Shown here: one piece after another, positions 49,284 through 61,700 of the stretch
Layout: the number at the start of each line of letters is the position of its first letter
Position numbering within the stretch: position 1 is the first letter of the stretch
Origin: Callorhinchus milii
Lineage: Eukaryota
Assembly (NCBI RefSeq): GCF_018977255.1
Contig: NW_024704742.1
Span: forward strand, 1,676,001-1,740,000
DNA length: 64,000 bases
Direction: 5' to 3'
The notes under the pieces: generated by a model
The model's database searches: none
The model's input: the letters and a program-made list of their open reading frames with translations, nothing else
What the model was told of the DNA's origin: nothing
Program-made: the position numbers and the translations under genes

Positions 49284-50245
49284 ATATTACCAGAGTGAAA
49301 GATGCTTTGGATCCAGACAAAAGCAATGAAGTAATTCAGGACTGCAGAGTGTGGCAGCCTCTACTTTCTACTTTGTCTCGGCTATATAGCCATAGCTATA
49401 AAAAGGCAGATAGTGAGGAGGAGATATTAATGAACTGATCAATTAGTTTGCTATAAAGAACTTCAAGGTCTCATAGTGGCATTCTTTAGGATCAGAGAAT
49501 CAGAGAATATTACAGCGCAGAAGGAGGCCATTCGGCCCATCGTGCCTGAGCTGGCTCTTTGGAGGAGCTGCCCCAATCAATCCCACCTCTCTGCTCTTTG
49601 CCCCATATCCTTGCAAACTTTTGCCCCAGGAGATTGTGTGAACAAGTGGATTTCATGACGGGGTAGATTGTGCATGGTGTGTGTGGAAGGAGATGGACCG
49701 AATGATCTTCTTTATGTTCCTTTTTGCTTACGCTCTGATCGGCATAATAATGGTGCATTTGTTCTATTTTCTGTGCGATAGAAAGCAACGTGTGCATTCT
49801 GACAGCAGAGTACAGTTATGAAATCTTACAAACAAATTGGCCCAGAGAAGCGGTGGGGAGAACCACTGAAAGAAAGTAAACCTCTAGTTGAGAATTCATG
49901 CTCCAGGCACCTCTGGACTCTCAGAGGTGTCATTCTAAGTACTGAAACTTGCTTTGGTACAACACCTTTCACATGCAATTGGCATTTCAGAGCTGGACAG
50001 CGATAATGGAGGGCACTGAACGGGGAAAAAGAGAGAAATTATGGAGGTTGACCAAAGGTATAGATGAAGAGATATGTTTCTAAGTGGGTTTCGAAGGCAG
50101 TAAGGAGGGAGATAGCAACGGAAAACTATTTTGGGAGAGTTCAAGACAAGGGACACACACGCTGGTTGAAAACTTAGCTAACGATGACGGATTACAGGAT
50201 GGAGTGGGGAATGAGCAGCTGACCAGAATCGGAAGAGAGATGGTT

Positions 50246-50503
50246 ATATTTATCTTATATGTAGATATAATGGCTAAAATACAGATTCTCCCTACATTTG
50301 ATAGGGAGAATATATATAACCAGTGAGGTCTTTGTCTGTAAACTACAGCTCTATCAATACTACACCATCAGGTTTGCAGCTGTGTTTCATTCTTCATCGG
50401 ATCACTGTGCAAAATAATGTAGCAAAATGTGACAGTCAAAATTACTATCAAATGTAGGGAGAATCTGTATTTTAGCCATTATATCTACATATAAGATAAA
50501 TAT
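50246..50503. repeat. Perfect 59-bp inverted repeat with a 140-bp spacer
   Basis: 50246-50304 is the exact reverse complement of 50445-50503. Confidence 0.95.
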
Positions 50504-53500
50504 TTTCTCAGGCCAGAATACAGTTGGGTTCCTAATTTATCTGCCGATCTCTATTCTATGCCCACCCTTTATCTTTTATATAAATTTTAGTACGTTCAAT
50601 TATTTTCCTTATTTTGCACGCCAATGTATTTGGACTATTTGCCCTTTATAACTGTCATTATATCGTGATGTATTGGATGTAATGCCGGCATCAAGCTTCT
50701 CCCACTTGCATAGCTTCCTGCATCAAGTGAAGTCCTAGATTTACAGCAATATGTGTGGCAGACGGTCACACTTTGTGCTCCATACAGTAGGCTATAGGTT
50801 AATTTGTTCACTGTCTTTGAAGAATGGCTTCTGTTGGCTTATTTGCAATGACCTGAAGCAAATTCTTCTGAAAGTATTTTCTGTGCAGTGAATGTATATC
50901 AACTTCAAAGTAAAACTGACACAGGAATAACATGAGGGAAAATGCAATTAAAAACTGTATCTTAGAGTTTCTAAAAGGTAGAATTGGTAGATTGAATTTC
51001 TAAATTGCTTTTAGCTCCAACATTGGCTTTCTGGTCCTGTTTGGTTTTGTCTCTTGCTGTAAGATTAGAAGAGCAAGTGAGTTCCTAATTACAATTGGTC
51101 TGTTTGGCACAATATTCTCCCTGTACTTTTCTCTCCGTCTCTCACTGACTTGTACTGAAGTAAGAATCCAAAATTGCTGGTGCTTTTCAGAACCTGAAAC
51201 ATAAAGAACATAAAGAACCTTCCTGTCCTTCCTGTCTCAGGCTGACATTAAGGGGGAAAAGTGAATAGTAGGTTTCAATACAAAACACGGTCGATGTCAA
51301 AACTGGCACACATTGCAAAGTTGGAAGTTCATTAAACCGACCTAGAGGATGATGCAGAGACTTGTCACAGAGAGAATGTCCATCTATTAATATACAAAGG
51401 ACTTTTGCATTTCATTTGTGACGTTTGCCAACAGAATCGTTAGTCTGACTCCAATAATTGTCAAATCAATGAATTCTTTCACTGGAAGCACAGTAGGGGA
51501 GTATCTATGGGAAAATAACCGAAGAAATGAAAGGAACTTGAGTTCAAAAAGGGTAGATCTTATCTGGTCAATCTCACAGACTATTTTGAGGAAAAGACAT
51601 GCCAAGTTGGATCTTACAAAGAGATCGGCAGTGTATGCACCTGGTCACAGCAGGTCCCAAGGCTGATAAATAAATGATAGAACATATATAGAAAGTAAAA
51701 GTACGAGGCACACATACTCCATAGAAGGCATAGAACCTGCCGAGGGGAAAATTGGAGGAGATCAAGTGGTGATAGACGGTCATGAATAAGTTAAAAACAA
51801 ACATGGCGTGCTATCCTAATTAAACTCAAAATCCTCCCGAAACAAAGTCATTTGTCTGGACAGAACTCGGCTCATCTCTGCCCAATTATCACAAAAGCTT
51901 TTGAATATATTCCTCCCATTTGCAGTGCGCAGTGAACGAGTGTTTGTCTCAAATGCTCACTGTGGACGACAATACCCAACTTGTGAACTCTCTCCCTGGA
52001 GGGACTCATCCTGCTCACCTGATTCTGGAAAGTATTAAGACGCAGGATGGCAAGAACCAAGGCTTGGGGGCCCCCAGAGTGTGTGATGGGGCAACTGCTG
52101 GAATCCAACCAACTAAAACTGCATAACTTACCAATGAAAGCACCGCCTGACGAGCTTTTCTGTCGCTACAGAGCACGGGCTGGATTCTGACATCCCGTTG
52201 CAAAACATGTCACTTTGGAGTCAGTTGAACTCCATGAGGTGACCTGCAGATAGATTAGGTGGCGGTGGGAGGGCGGGCGGTGGGTGGAGGGGGTTGGGGG
52301 GAGCGAGACTCAGCCCTCTATAGCCCTCTATAGCCCCTATCAACGCATCGAAAAATGGCATCTGTGGTCATATTCATTACTTTTCATAATAACTTTGTAA
52401 TACCCCCTCAAAGGTTATGTGCAACAGCTCAGTTGAGTGAGGCAAAGCATGTAAATGGTTTTCATGAATTATTCGAGGAAGGCATGGAAGGGATTTTGAG
52501 CAGAGCTTGGAAATTAGATTCGATTTCCAGTCTGGCCCCTGATTTGTATGCAGACACCGGCATTTCTTTTCTCTCTTTTCAGTATTTAATCTCACACAAG
52601 CAGTAAGTGACACTCTGAACCTGTGGCAGTCTCCAGGCTTCATTAATGCAATGAACTCATCCGATGCAGATCCCTGGCCCCTCAAACTTCCCCTTTCGTT
52701 TCCCTGCGCAATACAGCTAACCAAAGTTGTCAATCTGTGAAGCGCTCTCATAAAATCTGCCTGCAGAGGGCTATGAGAAAAGACACAAGCTGGTGGAACA
52801 AGTCTTGTGTTAACAGGAAATCTCATTTCAATGCACGGTGGCTGCTCTGCACTCTACACTGGTATGTTGATTGTATTGAAACGAGTGAATGGTTTTGTAT
52901 TCCTTGGTGCCTGCCATCTTCACAGAGAATATATCTTCCAGCTCATTGACTGCTTCAATCCAGACAACAGCACTTGTACCAATGTAACCCATTACTAATA
53001 AGTGGTTTCCTAAAGAGGGAGAGGGTTTGAAGACTTAAAAAGGAAGTTTAATCAAAGTTCTTGCCTACAAAACACCGCGCTACACTTTACATTAAACCAC
53101 CACTGCAACAATTTATATTTTATATAGAGCCTTTCGTGTTTGAAGGATGTCCCAAGGTGCTGGACAGTCGAGGGTTTGCATCCGGGATGGGAGGGGGGGC
53201 CAAATGGGCAGGATAGGGTTGAAGATGATCTAAGATGGGGGTCACAGAGGGAGGTTTTGAGACAGACTCTGAAGCAGGAGAGGGAAGAGTTGACGTGAAC
53301 GGACTCTGGGATGGAGTTTCAGAGTGAAGGAGAAATTATTCTTCTGTCATGAAGAGATTTATCTCTTTGACTATGCTATTGGTCATCTTTTCCCAATTTG
53401 CTCCAACCCCACACAGCTCCCACCGCCACTTCCCATGCCCAGTCAGTACTGTTAAGGGTATTGGAATGTAGCTGCGACATGAAATAAGTGTAAATTTGTA

Positions 53501-55664
53501 TTGCAAATTTATATGTCAATGACAAGTATTATTCGCTTCAGGTAATGAACCTAAGCCTCTTCCTGTCCTGAAAATTTCTGTGTTTCAAACAAAATAATAA
53601 TCTTTGCATTTGATATGGCAGCTTTAATGTCGTAGACATCTCAAAGTCCTTCACAAAACTTCCGTAGAGTGTAGTGTAAGCAAATGCAGTGGCCAATTTG
53701 CACACAGAAATGTCACAGAAACAGCCAAGCAATCATTAAGTGAATGACCAGTTTTGTATTAGGGATTGTTGGCCAAGACACCGGGTGAAACTCCCTTCCC
53801 TTTTTGTAAAATAAACAGACCACTCGCTGCAGGAGAGGTGAAAAAGTGAGACCCCAAAATGCAGAGTGTGTGAAATAAATGCGAGAATGCTGGTGTTACG
53901 TTACTAGACACACGAGAGAAGGTTGCTTCATGTCTCCAAATGCTGCTGGTGAGTGGAACTCTTTATCAAGCCCTTCATCAACTCCGTTCTGCTTAATCAG
54001 CTCCGCTCTGAGAAAGGTCATAAGTAAAATGTTAATGTTAACCTGTCTTTATCGGTTAGCCTGCTGATGTTAAAACAATGCTGCAGATTTCCAGCTGAAT
54101 TGATCTTAGTTTTAATAGATCCCTACTCTACACTGAGTTAGCTGATCTCGAAGGAGGCACCTTCAGTGTTTCAGGTTAATAAGGAGAAAATCTCAGTTGA
54201 AATCCAGCTTCTTGTCACTGTCTTGTGAACACCTGGTGAAAAAAAGTAATGTGTAGAGATGTGCGTGAGGACAGGCCTGTCCTTGGCTAAGATTTTCCTT
54301 GACCTTTCTTCCCCCGTTGAAGCACAATCTGGTTGAATGTAGACCAATAAATTATATACAAATATCTTGGCAATTTCTATGTGTAGGTCGGATGATGGAA
54401 TTCTCAGTTTGATGAGGCATTTAACAGCCTGATGGGTTTCTGTGTGTGTTAGACATCCGGCTGACCAAATAAAAAATGGTTGTCTCGACTCATACATGAA
54501 GAATGGCCATTTAGTAATGGCCTTATATTATTCTGCACTTGCATTAAATATGGGCAATATACCTGATAAATATATTACAATGGAGTCGTTATGTCATGAC
54601 AGGAGAATGTCCACCACAGAGGAGTGTTTGATGTGTTTTGGAAAACAATGCCAACTTCTGAGGTTATAGATGATGATTTGGCAAACCCCACGGTGGGAAG
54701 AACTCCAGCATGAATCAAATCCCAAAGCCGAGAGCCAGACTAACAGAAGAGCAAATTGTAAATACGTTCTCGTAAGCCTGAAGTTGAATTAGGGAAAGTT
54801 CAGGTTAGTGTAGTTCAACTGATTGCCTTCTCTTTGCTGCCATTGGTGACAGTAACAACACCCTCTTGTAGCGATGGTGATCAGCTGCTCAATATTTCCA
54901 TTAAGATTAAGCTGCAAATCTTTTGGAAGGAAACAGGGTATTTGGAGATTAGCTCATAACAGCAGCACAAAAGAAGCCTTTTCCCTTTTGGGCTCTTCGA
55001 ACATTGCCAGCGACAAGACCTGGAAGATGGCTTCTCTTCCCCTCTCTTCTGTAAGTACAGAAATTCACTCTCCACTGCGATGTTGAATGGCTTTGGAATT
55101 TCTTCACTGCAAACCAGCTGACCGTGTGGCTGACTGCTGCCTGGCAGCATCTAAACCAAGCGAAAAATCCGTGTGAACTGCAAGTTCCTTGAATAATTCC
55201 TTGGCGTCTACGACAGCTCGGGTCTTGTTTTTAGAATCCCAGAGGAAGCAGACCATAAAATATCGATCTTGATCATTTAAGTTGACGAATACCACGATCG
55301 GTTGTGTTGATCGCACCGTTCGTCCTGTGAGCCCAACGCACAGCAGGAAAATAATTCAGCTCCTTATAAACTCTGTTTTGTAAAAAAAAAAACTTGGGAA
55401 TTAGACTGGATGAAGCAAGGCACTGAGAGAGTTAAACACAGGTACACGACAAAATGAAGATGTTTGCTATCAGAGTGGCTTTATTTTTTAAAGATCATTT
55501 CTCCTGACCTGGTTTCATATAATAAGCAGATTGTTCAGTACCAGAAACCAAATCACTTGTGCAAATCTAAATTGTTTCCATTACACTCCATTTTCTGTGC
55601 TTTCACATTGGGTTTGCTTCTCCTGAGCTCTGACGGACCTTAGAACAAATTCTCCGAGTATCAA

Positions 55665-55966
55665 TTTGTTTTCAAATCCCTTCGTGCCCTGGTACCTCCG
55701 TACCTCTCCGACCTGCTTACCCCCCCCCCCCCCCCCCACACCCAACGCAACCCAACCCATAACCCGCTGCCTCCGCTCGATTGGCTCCGAACTTCTGTAT
55801 GTCTCCTGTGCTCTCCGTTCTACCATTGGTGGCTGTGTTTCCTGTTCGACCATGCCTACGGTCACCTTCCACTCCCCCACCCGGCTCGAAGTTGTCATCC
55901 GCCAACGTCAAGTGCTCTGGGATGCTACCCTGTGTGAGGGGCGCTGCATAAATGCTTGTTGTTGCT
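55665..55966 (+). mobile_element. L2-clade LINE 3' end
   Basis: Same terminus type as the 31640 copy; inverted relative to the similar copy at 56473-56752. Confidence 0.7.
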
Positions 55967-56347
55967 GGTGGCGTATTGTACAGTACCCGTGTCTTGATGA
56001 CTGTGTTAAGGGGTTCGTGTTTTCTGAGCTTGGCTTTGCGGTGATCGCAACTCGGAGAAGCTCTACAATTCCCTCTGTGGTTGTACGTGTTGAATCACTG
56101 CAAAGCTGAATCCGAATTATAAGCCGGCAAAGACAGACAGAGAGGGACATGTTTGTCTTTCGAAAAAAGAGATCCCCCCACACCCCCAACCCCACCATCC
56201 CCATTTTCTTTTCATTTCTTGCAGAATGTCACACAGCTTTTGCGACACTCAAAGGGAATATTTACATTTGTTTGGAGGGGAATGCTGCCCATTATCTATC
56301 TGGAGGGTCAAAGGATTGCTGAATAGTAACAACACCACCACCAGCTT

Positions 56348-56472
56348 ATAATAATAATAGTAATAATAATAATCCTTGCATTTGCTATAGCGCTTTTCAC
56401 ATCTTCTCGACGTCTCAAAGCACTTCACAGGATAGACTGTAAAGTGAATTGACCGTAAATTTGTGGGCGAAA
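56348..56472 (-). mobile_element. SINE 3' tail fragment abutting an L2 3' end
   Basis: Conserved tail with (TAA)n, directly followed by an L2-type terminus in the same orientation. Confidence 0.8.
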
Positions 56473-56752
56473 GCTTGGATTTATATAGCGCCCCCTCGTG
56501 CAGGGTAGCGTCCCAGAGCGCTTGACAGTGGTGGGACACGACACCGAGCTGGGGGTAGGGGGAGGAAGGTCTTCAGGCACGACTTGAAGGTGGGGAGGGA
56601 AGGAGCGAGGCGGAGGGATAGAGGAAGTGTGTTGCAGAGTTTTGGGGCGAGGCAGCTGAAAGCGGGGCCACCGATGGTGGAACCGAGAGCACGAGGGACA
56701 TGCAGGAAGCCAGAGCCAATCGAGCAGAGGCAGTGGGTAGTGAGTTGGGAGG
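56473..56752 (-). mobile_element. L2-clade LINE 3' end
   Basis: Reverse complement of the 55665-type sequence. More L2 pieces lie at about 7060-7335 (-), 26190-26370 (-), 37175-37390, 53105-53330 (-), 62460-62720 and 63835-63945 (-). Confidence 0.7.
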
Positions 56753-58254
56753 GGGTTAATATATTACATTAATGTAATATAATAGGATGAGTGCGATCGC
56801 AAGGCGATAAACATACGATTGCAAACATTTTAAAAGTGTCCCCGCTCCACCCCAAGCAACAATACTCACGGCGAATGTGATTGCCTCCTCTTCACATCTA
56901 TTAGTAACAATAATGACTTCCTCTGGTAGGTGCTATGAACAACCGTAATCAGCCGCTCAATATTTCCACTAAGCTGCTACGAAGCCTTTGAAAGCAAGCC
57001 TGACATTCGGGCACATGTCTGCCACTGTATAAAAGTAACCCAGTGGAAAACGCAAACCCCTGTTGCTTTTTATTCGGAAGTTTTAAATATTTTAACGTGC
57101 CTTTCTGACTGTCTCTCTGCTCGCATTATCGATTTTAGAGTGTGTGTGTGCGCGCGTGTGCGTGTGTTTGGGGGTGCGGGGAGGAGTAAGAGAAGAAGTG
57201 CCTGTAAGCAGCCAGTGTAGCCAAGCTATCTCAACCTCCTGAATCAATGATTGGTGTCGATTTTGGAAGAGAAGTACAAAGCGACTGTCACCTATCTGTA
57301 AACGGGAAACTGACTAAGTTTCCGGTGATCACGAGACCGCGTCGGTTTGGATGACGAAGCCTTTTTTGTTCCATTCACTTTACCGTTTTCCCGTTCCAGC
57401 ATGGAGCTGTTTTACTCAATGAGTCCAGCGTCCTGCCCTCAACCACCCTTCCTGGTAATCCGTTCCATTCATTAGTTACCTTTTGGGTTTTTTTTTTAAA
57501 AAAAAACTAACTGTCCTGTTCAGGTGTCTGCCCTGAAATTACCCGTTGCGATTTTAATCCTGTGTCCCAACAGAAAATGTTACAGCAGAAAATTCAAGGG
57601 TTTCAAATAAAATTACTACTTTATAGCACCTGAGAATTCCATACTATTTAAATCCGTCATTAACCATTCTCGGATCTGCATGCCATTTTTATTCATGTAT
57701 AAGAACTTTAGTTAACTGGAATTCGATTGAGATAAAAGCAGATGGCCACGTTGAATATCAATGGCTATCATTCAGCTGTAAATGCAAATTTCCCCCAATT
57801 TTTGCAGTTCTGTTTGCTCCTACTTGTTCATGTATGTCATTTCCATTTTGTTGTTCAATCTGATAAGCCATCTTCTGCAGAATTATTATTTTCTTTTCTG
57901 AGCTTTGATTAGATTAAGCAAATCCGTCTGCACTGGGAGCAATAACGAGATGTCACTCTCATCTCCTTTCGCTGTTGGATGTTTTGAGTTATATTAAATT
58001 TAAAGTGGTAGAATAGTACTGCATTATACAGTACTGTATTTTACTATAGCGAGAGATTTGCCACATCCATTGTTTTCAGTGTTTGATGACTCTCTTCTGG
58101 ACTGGGAGATATCATTGATGGGTTGGTTTGGCTTGTCATCAATGCTGATGTATTCCTTTTTTAAGGAGCTATAAAAGACCAAATGCATACTGTACTTTTT
58201 GGATGTGCATCTGATTTAAACCTAGTGTTTGAATCCAAATTAAAGTTTGCATTC

Positions 58255-58745
58255 AGAAAGCAGTCAACAAGTCAAAGGGGATGTTGGCCTTTCTTACGAG
58301 AAGCCTGAAATATAGAAGTAAGGAGATACTTTTAAGGACTTTACAGTTAGAGACAGACTCCATTTGGAGTAGTGTGATTGACTTTGCGCAACCATTCTCA
58401 GCAGGGATACACAGTACTAGAAGGTGTCCAACCAGGGTGCACTAGGCTAATACCTGGACTGAGGGAGCTTAGCTGCGATGGGTAGACAGGGCCTATATTC
58501 CTTAGAATAGAAGAGGTGACGGGATGATTGAGGTACTTAAAATAATGAAAGAAACCGATAGGATAGATAGTGGATGAAGCTTGACTCTGGTAGAGAGTTT
58601 CATTATAATGGCAGCAGAGCCTTAAAGTCAGACCTTTGATGGTTAGAATTGAGATCAGGTGAAGCATTGGTGTTAGAAGATCTGACAGGATCAAATACAA
58701 AATGCAACAGGCTCAATGGGCTGAATTGCCTCCTCGTGTTCCTTA
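58255..58745 (+). mobile_element. CR1 3' fragment, diverged
   Basis: LEGVQ..CTRLIPGLRELS...L..LE..R..GD.IEV.KIMK-like degenerate coding sequence and a CR1-type 3' UTR. Confidence 0.7.
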
Positions 58746-61700
58746 AGTTCCGTTCAATTTATTAACTGGTGAGCAGCAGCAGTCATAAGTGGATATATTC
58801 TATCAAAAGATTCTCTGAATCACATTGCAAGTACGACTTGAAAAGGGAAATCACTGCTAGAATGTGTGAGCTACTTGGTGAATAGCTTTTTGTTTTAAAT
58901 GCTCTTGGGGTGTTTTTTTTTCACCCACCTCTGCTCTTTTCACGATGTTGCGCTCATGTTTGCAAGACCACCAGATTAGTTTGGAGGAAAATTACATCCC
59001 CTCCTATGCCCAAAGGTTTCCAGTAGCATTCAGATGATCATTGGAAGTCTCTGGAGTAGCATTCTTATCAATCCAGGGTTGCTCAATAATACAATATAAA
59101 TTTAGGATTCTGTTAGATCAGCCATGATCTAATAGAATGGTAGAGCAGCCTCAAGGGGCTGAATGGCCTGGCCCCGTTCCTTTATTGATACGGGGCCTTT
59201 GATGTTGGGAGGATGTCCCAAGGCGCTTAACAATCCTAGCCTGGCACCCACACAGGGAGTGGGAGGGAGCCGAGGAGTGCGGGGAGGGGAAAGCTGCCAG
59301 AAGATGTGCCGAGTACAGAGGTGCTGACAACATAGAGTGAAGCAGTCTCCAGTGAGCTGCCTGGAAGCAACTGTAACGCGTTTCGCCCACAAAGTATACA
59401 ATCAATTCAATTTACAGTGTATTCTGTGAAGCGCTCGAAGATGCGATAGGGCGCCATGTCAAACGCAAGGATTATTATTGTATGTTATATTAAATACGGG
59501 ATGCCGAGGACGAGATTCCCTGGATTGCAAGCCCTAATTGGCAGTCCTGTCCCGATGGTTGACCCTTTCATCGAGGATCCAGAGCTGAGGCTGGTGAATG
59601 GAACATCATCACAGTTATTGCCAGTTGTCCAGTATATGAGAAGATTAAGGAATGACTTAACCAGATCCGCAGCATAAGGGAGGGTTATGTTAAATGGTAG
59701 AAAAGTAATAGATTAATTCCACTGGTCAGCAGATTGGCACCAAGAGAGCACACATTTAAGATAACCTGACAGAGAATTAAAGCGGGGGGGGTGGGGGGAG
59801 AATACATTTATTTCCACAGAGGATCGGGTACAACGTGGAATTCTCTGCTTCGAACTGTTGAAAAAGTGGACTATTCAAGAGTATAGGGAACAGGCAGAAG
59901 GATATAATGAGATTAACTAATTCCCCTGGAGAATAAGACCATCACAGACACTGTGGGTTAATTGGTTCATTTCTGTACTGTCACATTTTAGTGTTAGTGG
60001 ATCCTCAAACCAGGTGTGTTCACCAGAGCATTGCAATCATTTTCCTGACAGGTGGCTTTGGTGGCTGCACAGCAATCTTATTTGAGCACGAATGCTCAAC
60101 TTTCGTGTGTGGAAGGCGCTATATAAATCCAAGTTGTTGTTGTTGTTGACTTCACAGGCACTTTCTACAGCAAGCCTGAGTCAGACAGTTTGAATTCTGC
60201 ATCCAGCAGTATTTAAACTATAGATACGAACGTCAGCGCAAGTGACACTTGTTACTATCTGCGTCTATATTATCCCATAATGGGTTTGAGATTTATTGAG
60301 TGCAATGCTTGTCTGAAGTTTGTCTAAAGCCTGATTGCTTTCGACACCAATGAAAGTTGTCAATTTGAATATGCCCTTGATGTACTCGGTGTTGAATCAA
60401 CGCAGTGTTGGTTGAACGAGCTCCTTAATGACCAATTTAGGCGCAATATTTTTGCAGAAGGGGGCAATTGAATGGGCAACTGCATCAATCTGGTTGAGCT
60501 AATTGAGTAACACATGGATCCATTCCGCATTCGAACACGCCCTTTTCTCTTTTTCGGCTCTGTCTCTTCTAAGTTGGTCGGCAGGATTCACTGTTTTAAT
60601 GTTACGAGAAACTTCATGCAGTTTGTAATGTTGCTCTGAGGCAAAGGGACCTTGTCTATCTTAGTAGCGACCTTAAGGTTTATTTATTTATGAGTAGGTG
60701 TTTCTTCAGAAGCTCAAACTTAACTAGCTCCTCATTAGATTGGTTCTCAGTCACTACGGGAGCTACTCTGGTCTGGATGTACTCTGCAGCCCTTTTGTGG
60801 ATGTGGACTAAGTGCCATTCCCTCTGGTGAGTTTTGAAAATATTGCTAACAGTAATATTCCTTGCATTTGATTTAGCGCCTTATCACACCTTCTAGAGGT
60901 CGCAAAGAGCTTCACAGAAGATACTGTGAAGTGAATTGACTGTATGTTTTGTTGGTGAAATGTGGCAGCCAATTGGGCACAAGTTGCATTAGTTACTGTA
61001 TTTATATTTCAGAGCACATGGGTCAAATGCACTAAATTGAGGAGAACAGTGTTAATGTCACGAATGAGCTATGTGGTGCAGAATAATACCATGACTACCG
61101 GTAATGATGATGCTTGGGTTATTCTGAAGAGCTGATTCTGACTTTATAACAGAATCATAGGTCACCATTTCCGGGGAAGTTGCTTGCTTGGATTCCGAGG
61201 CTTGGTTAGAAATTGCCTCAACCGTTCAAACAAATGGTCAATAAATGGTACATTTGAACTTCTATTTATATCTGCTGGTTTCCGTAAAAATTTGTTTCAA
61301 CGCAACTGACAATTCTCATTCCTCGTCCTTTCCTTGAAACCGTAAAGAAGGGATACTTGCCTGTTTTGTCTTGTGGGACTCTGGATGGTTTCACTTCACG
61401 GGCGATGTACAACTTCATTTGAAGCTGATTCCACTGATCAGGCATCAAATTCTGTCGTCGTTCAACACTCTAGATGCTACCCGGCATGAAGCTCACTATA
61501 TGAATACAAACTGTTGTGTTGTGTTGTACTGTCATCGGATTATTATTCCTAAATGCACGGATTATCAAAGAGGGAATTCCACCCAAAAGAAATCTTGAAT
61601 TCAGGATGGAAAGATCAGCAACTCTTTCTGACACATTGCCTTGGACTGGATGATACTGAATAACTTCATTGATCTCATTGCTGTGAGCTTCATGCCTTTC

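Noticed and set aside
55104..55316. Protein-like 70-aa minus-strand ORF
   Set aside because: No recognisable family, non-ATG start and no convincing splice sites.
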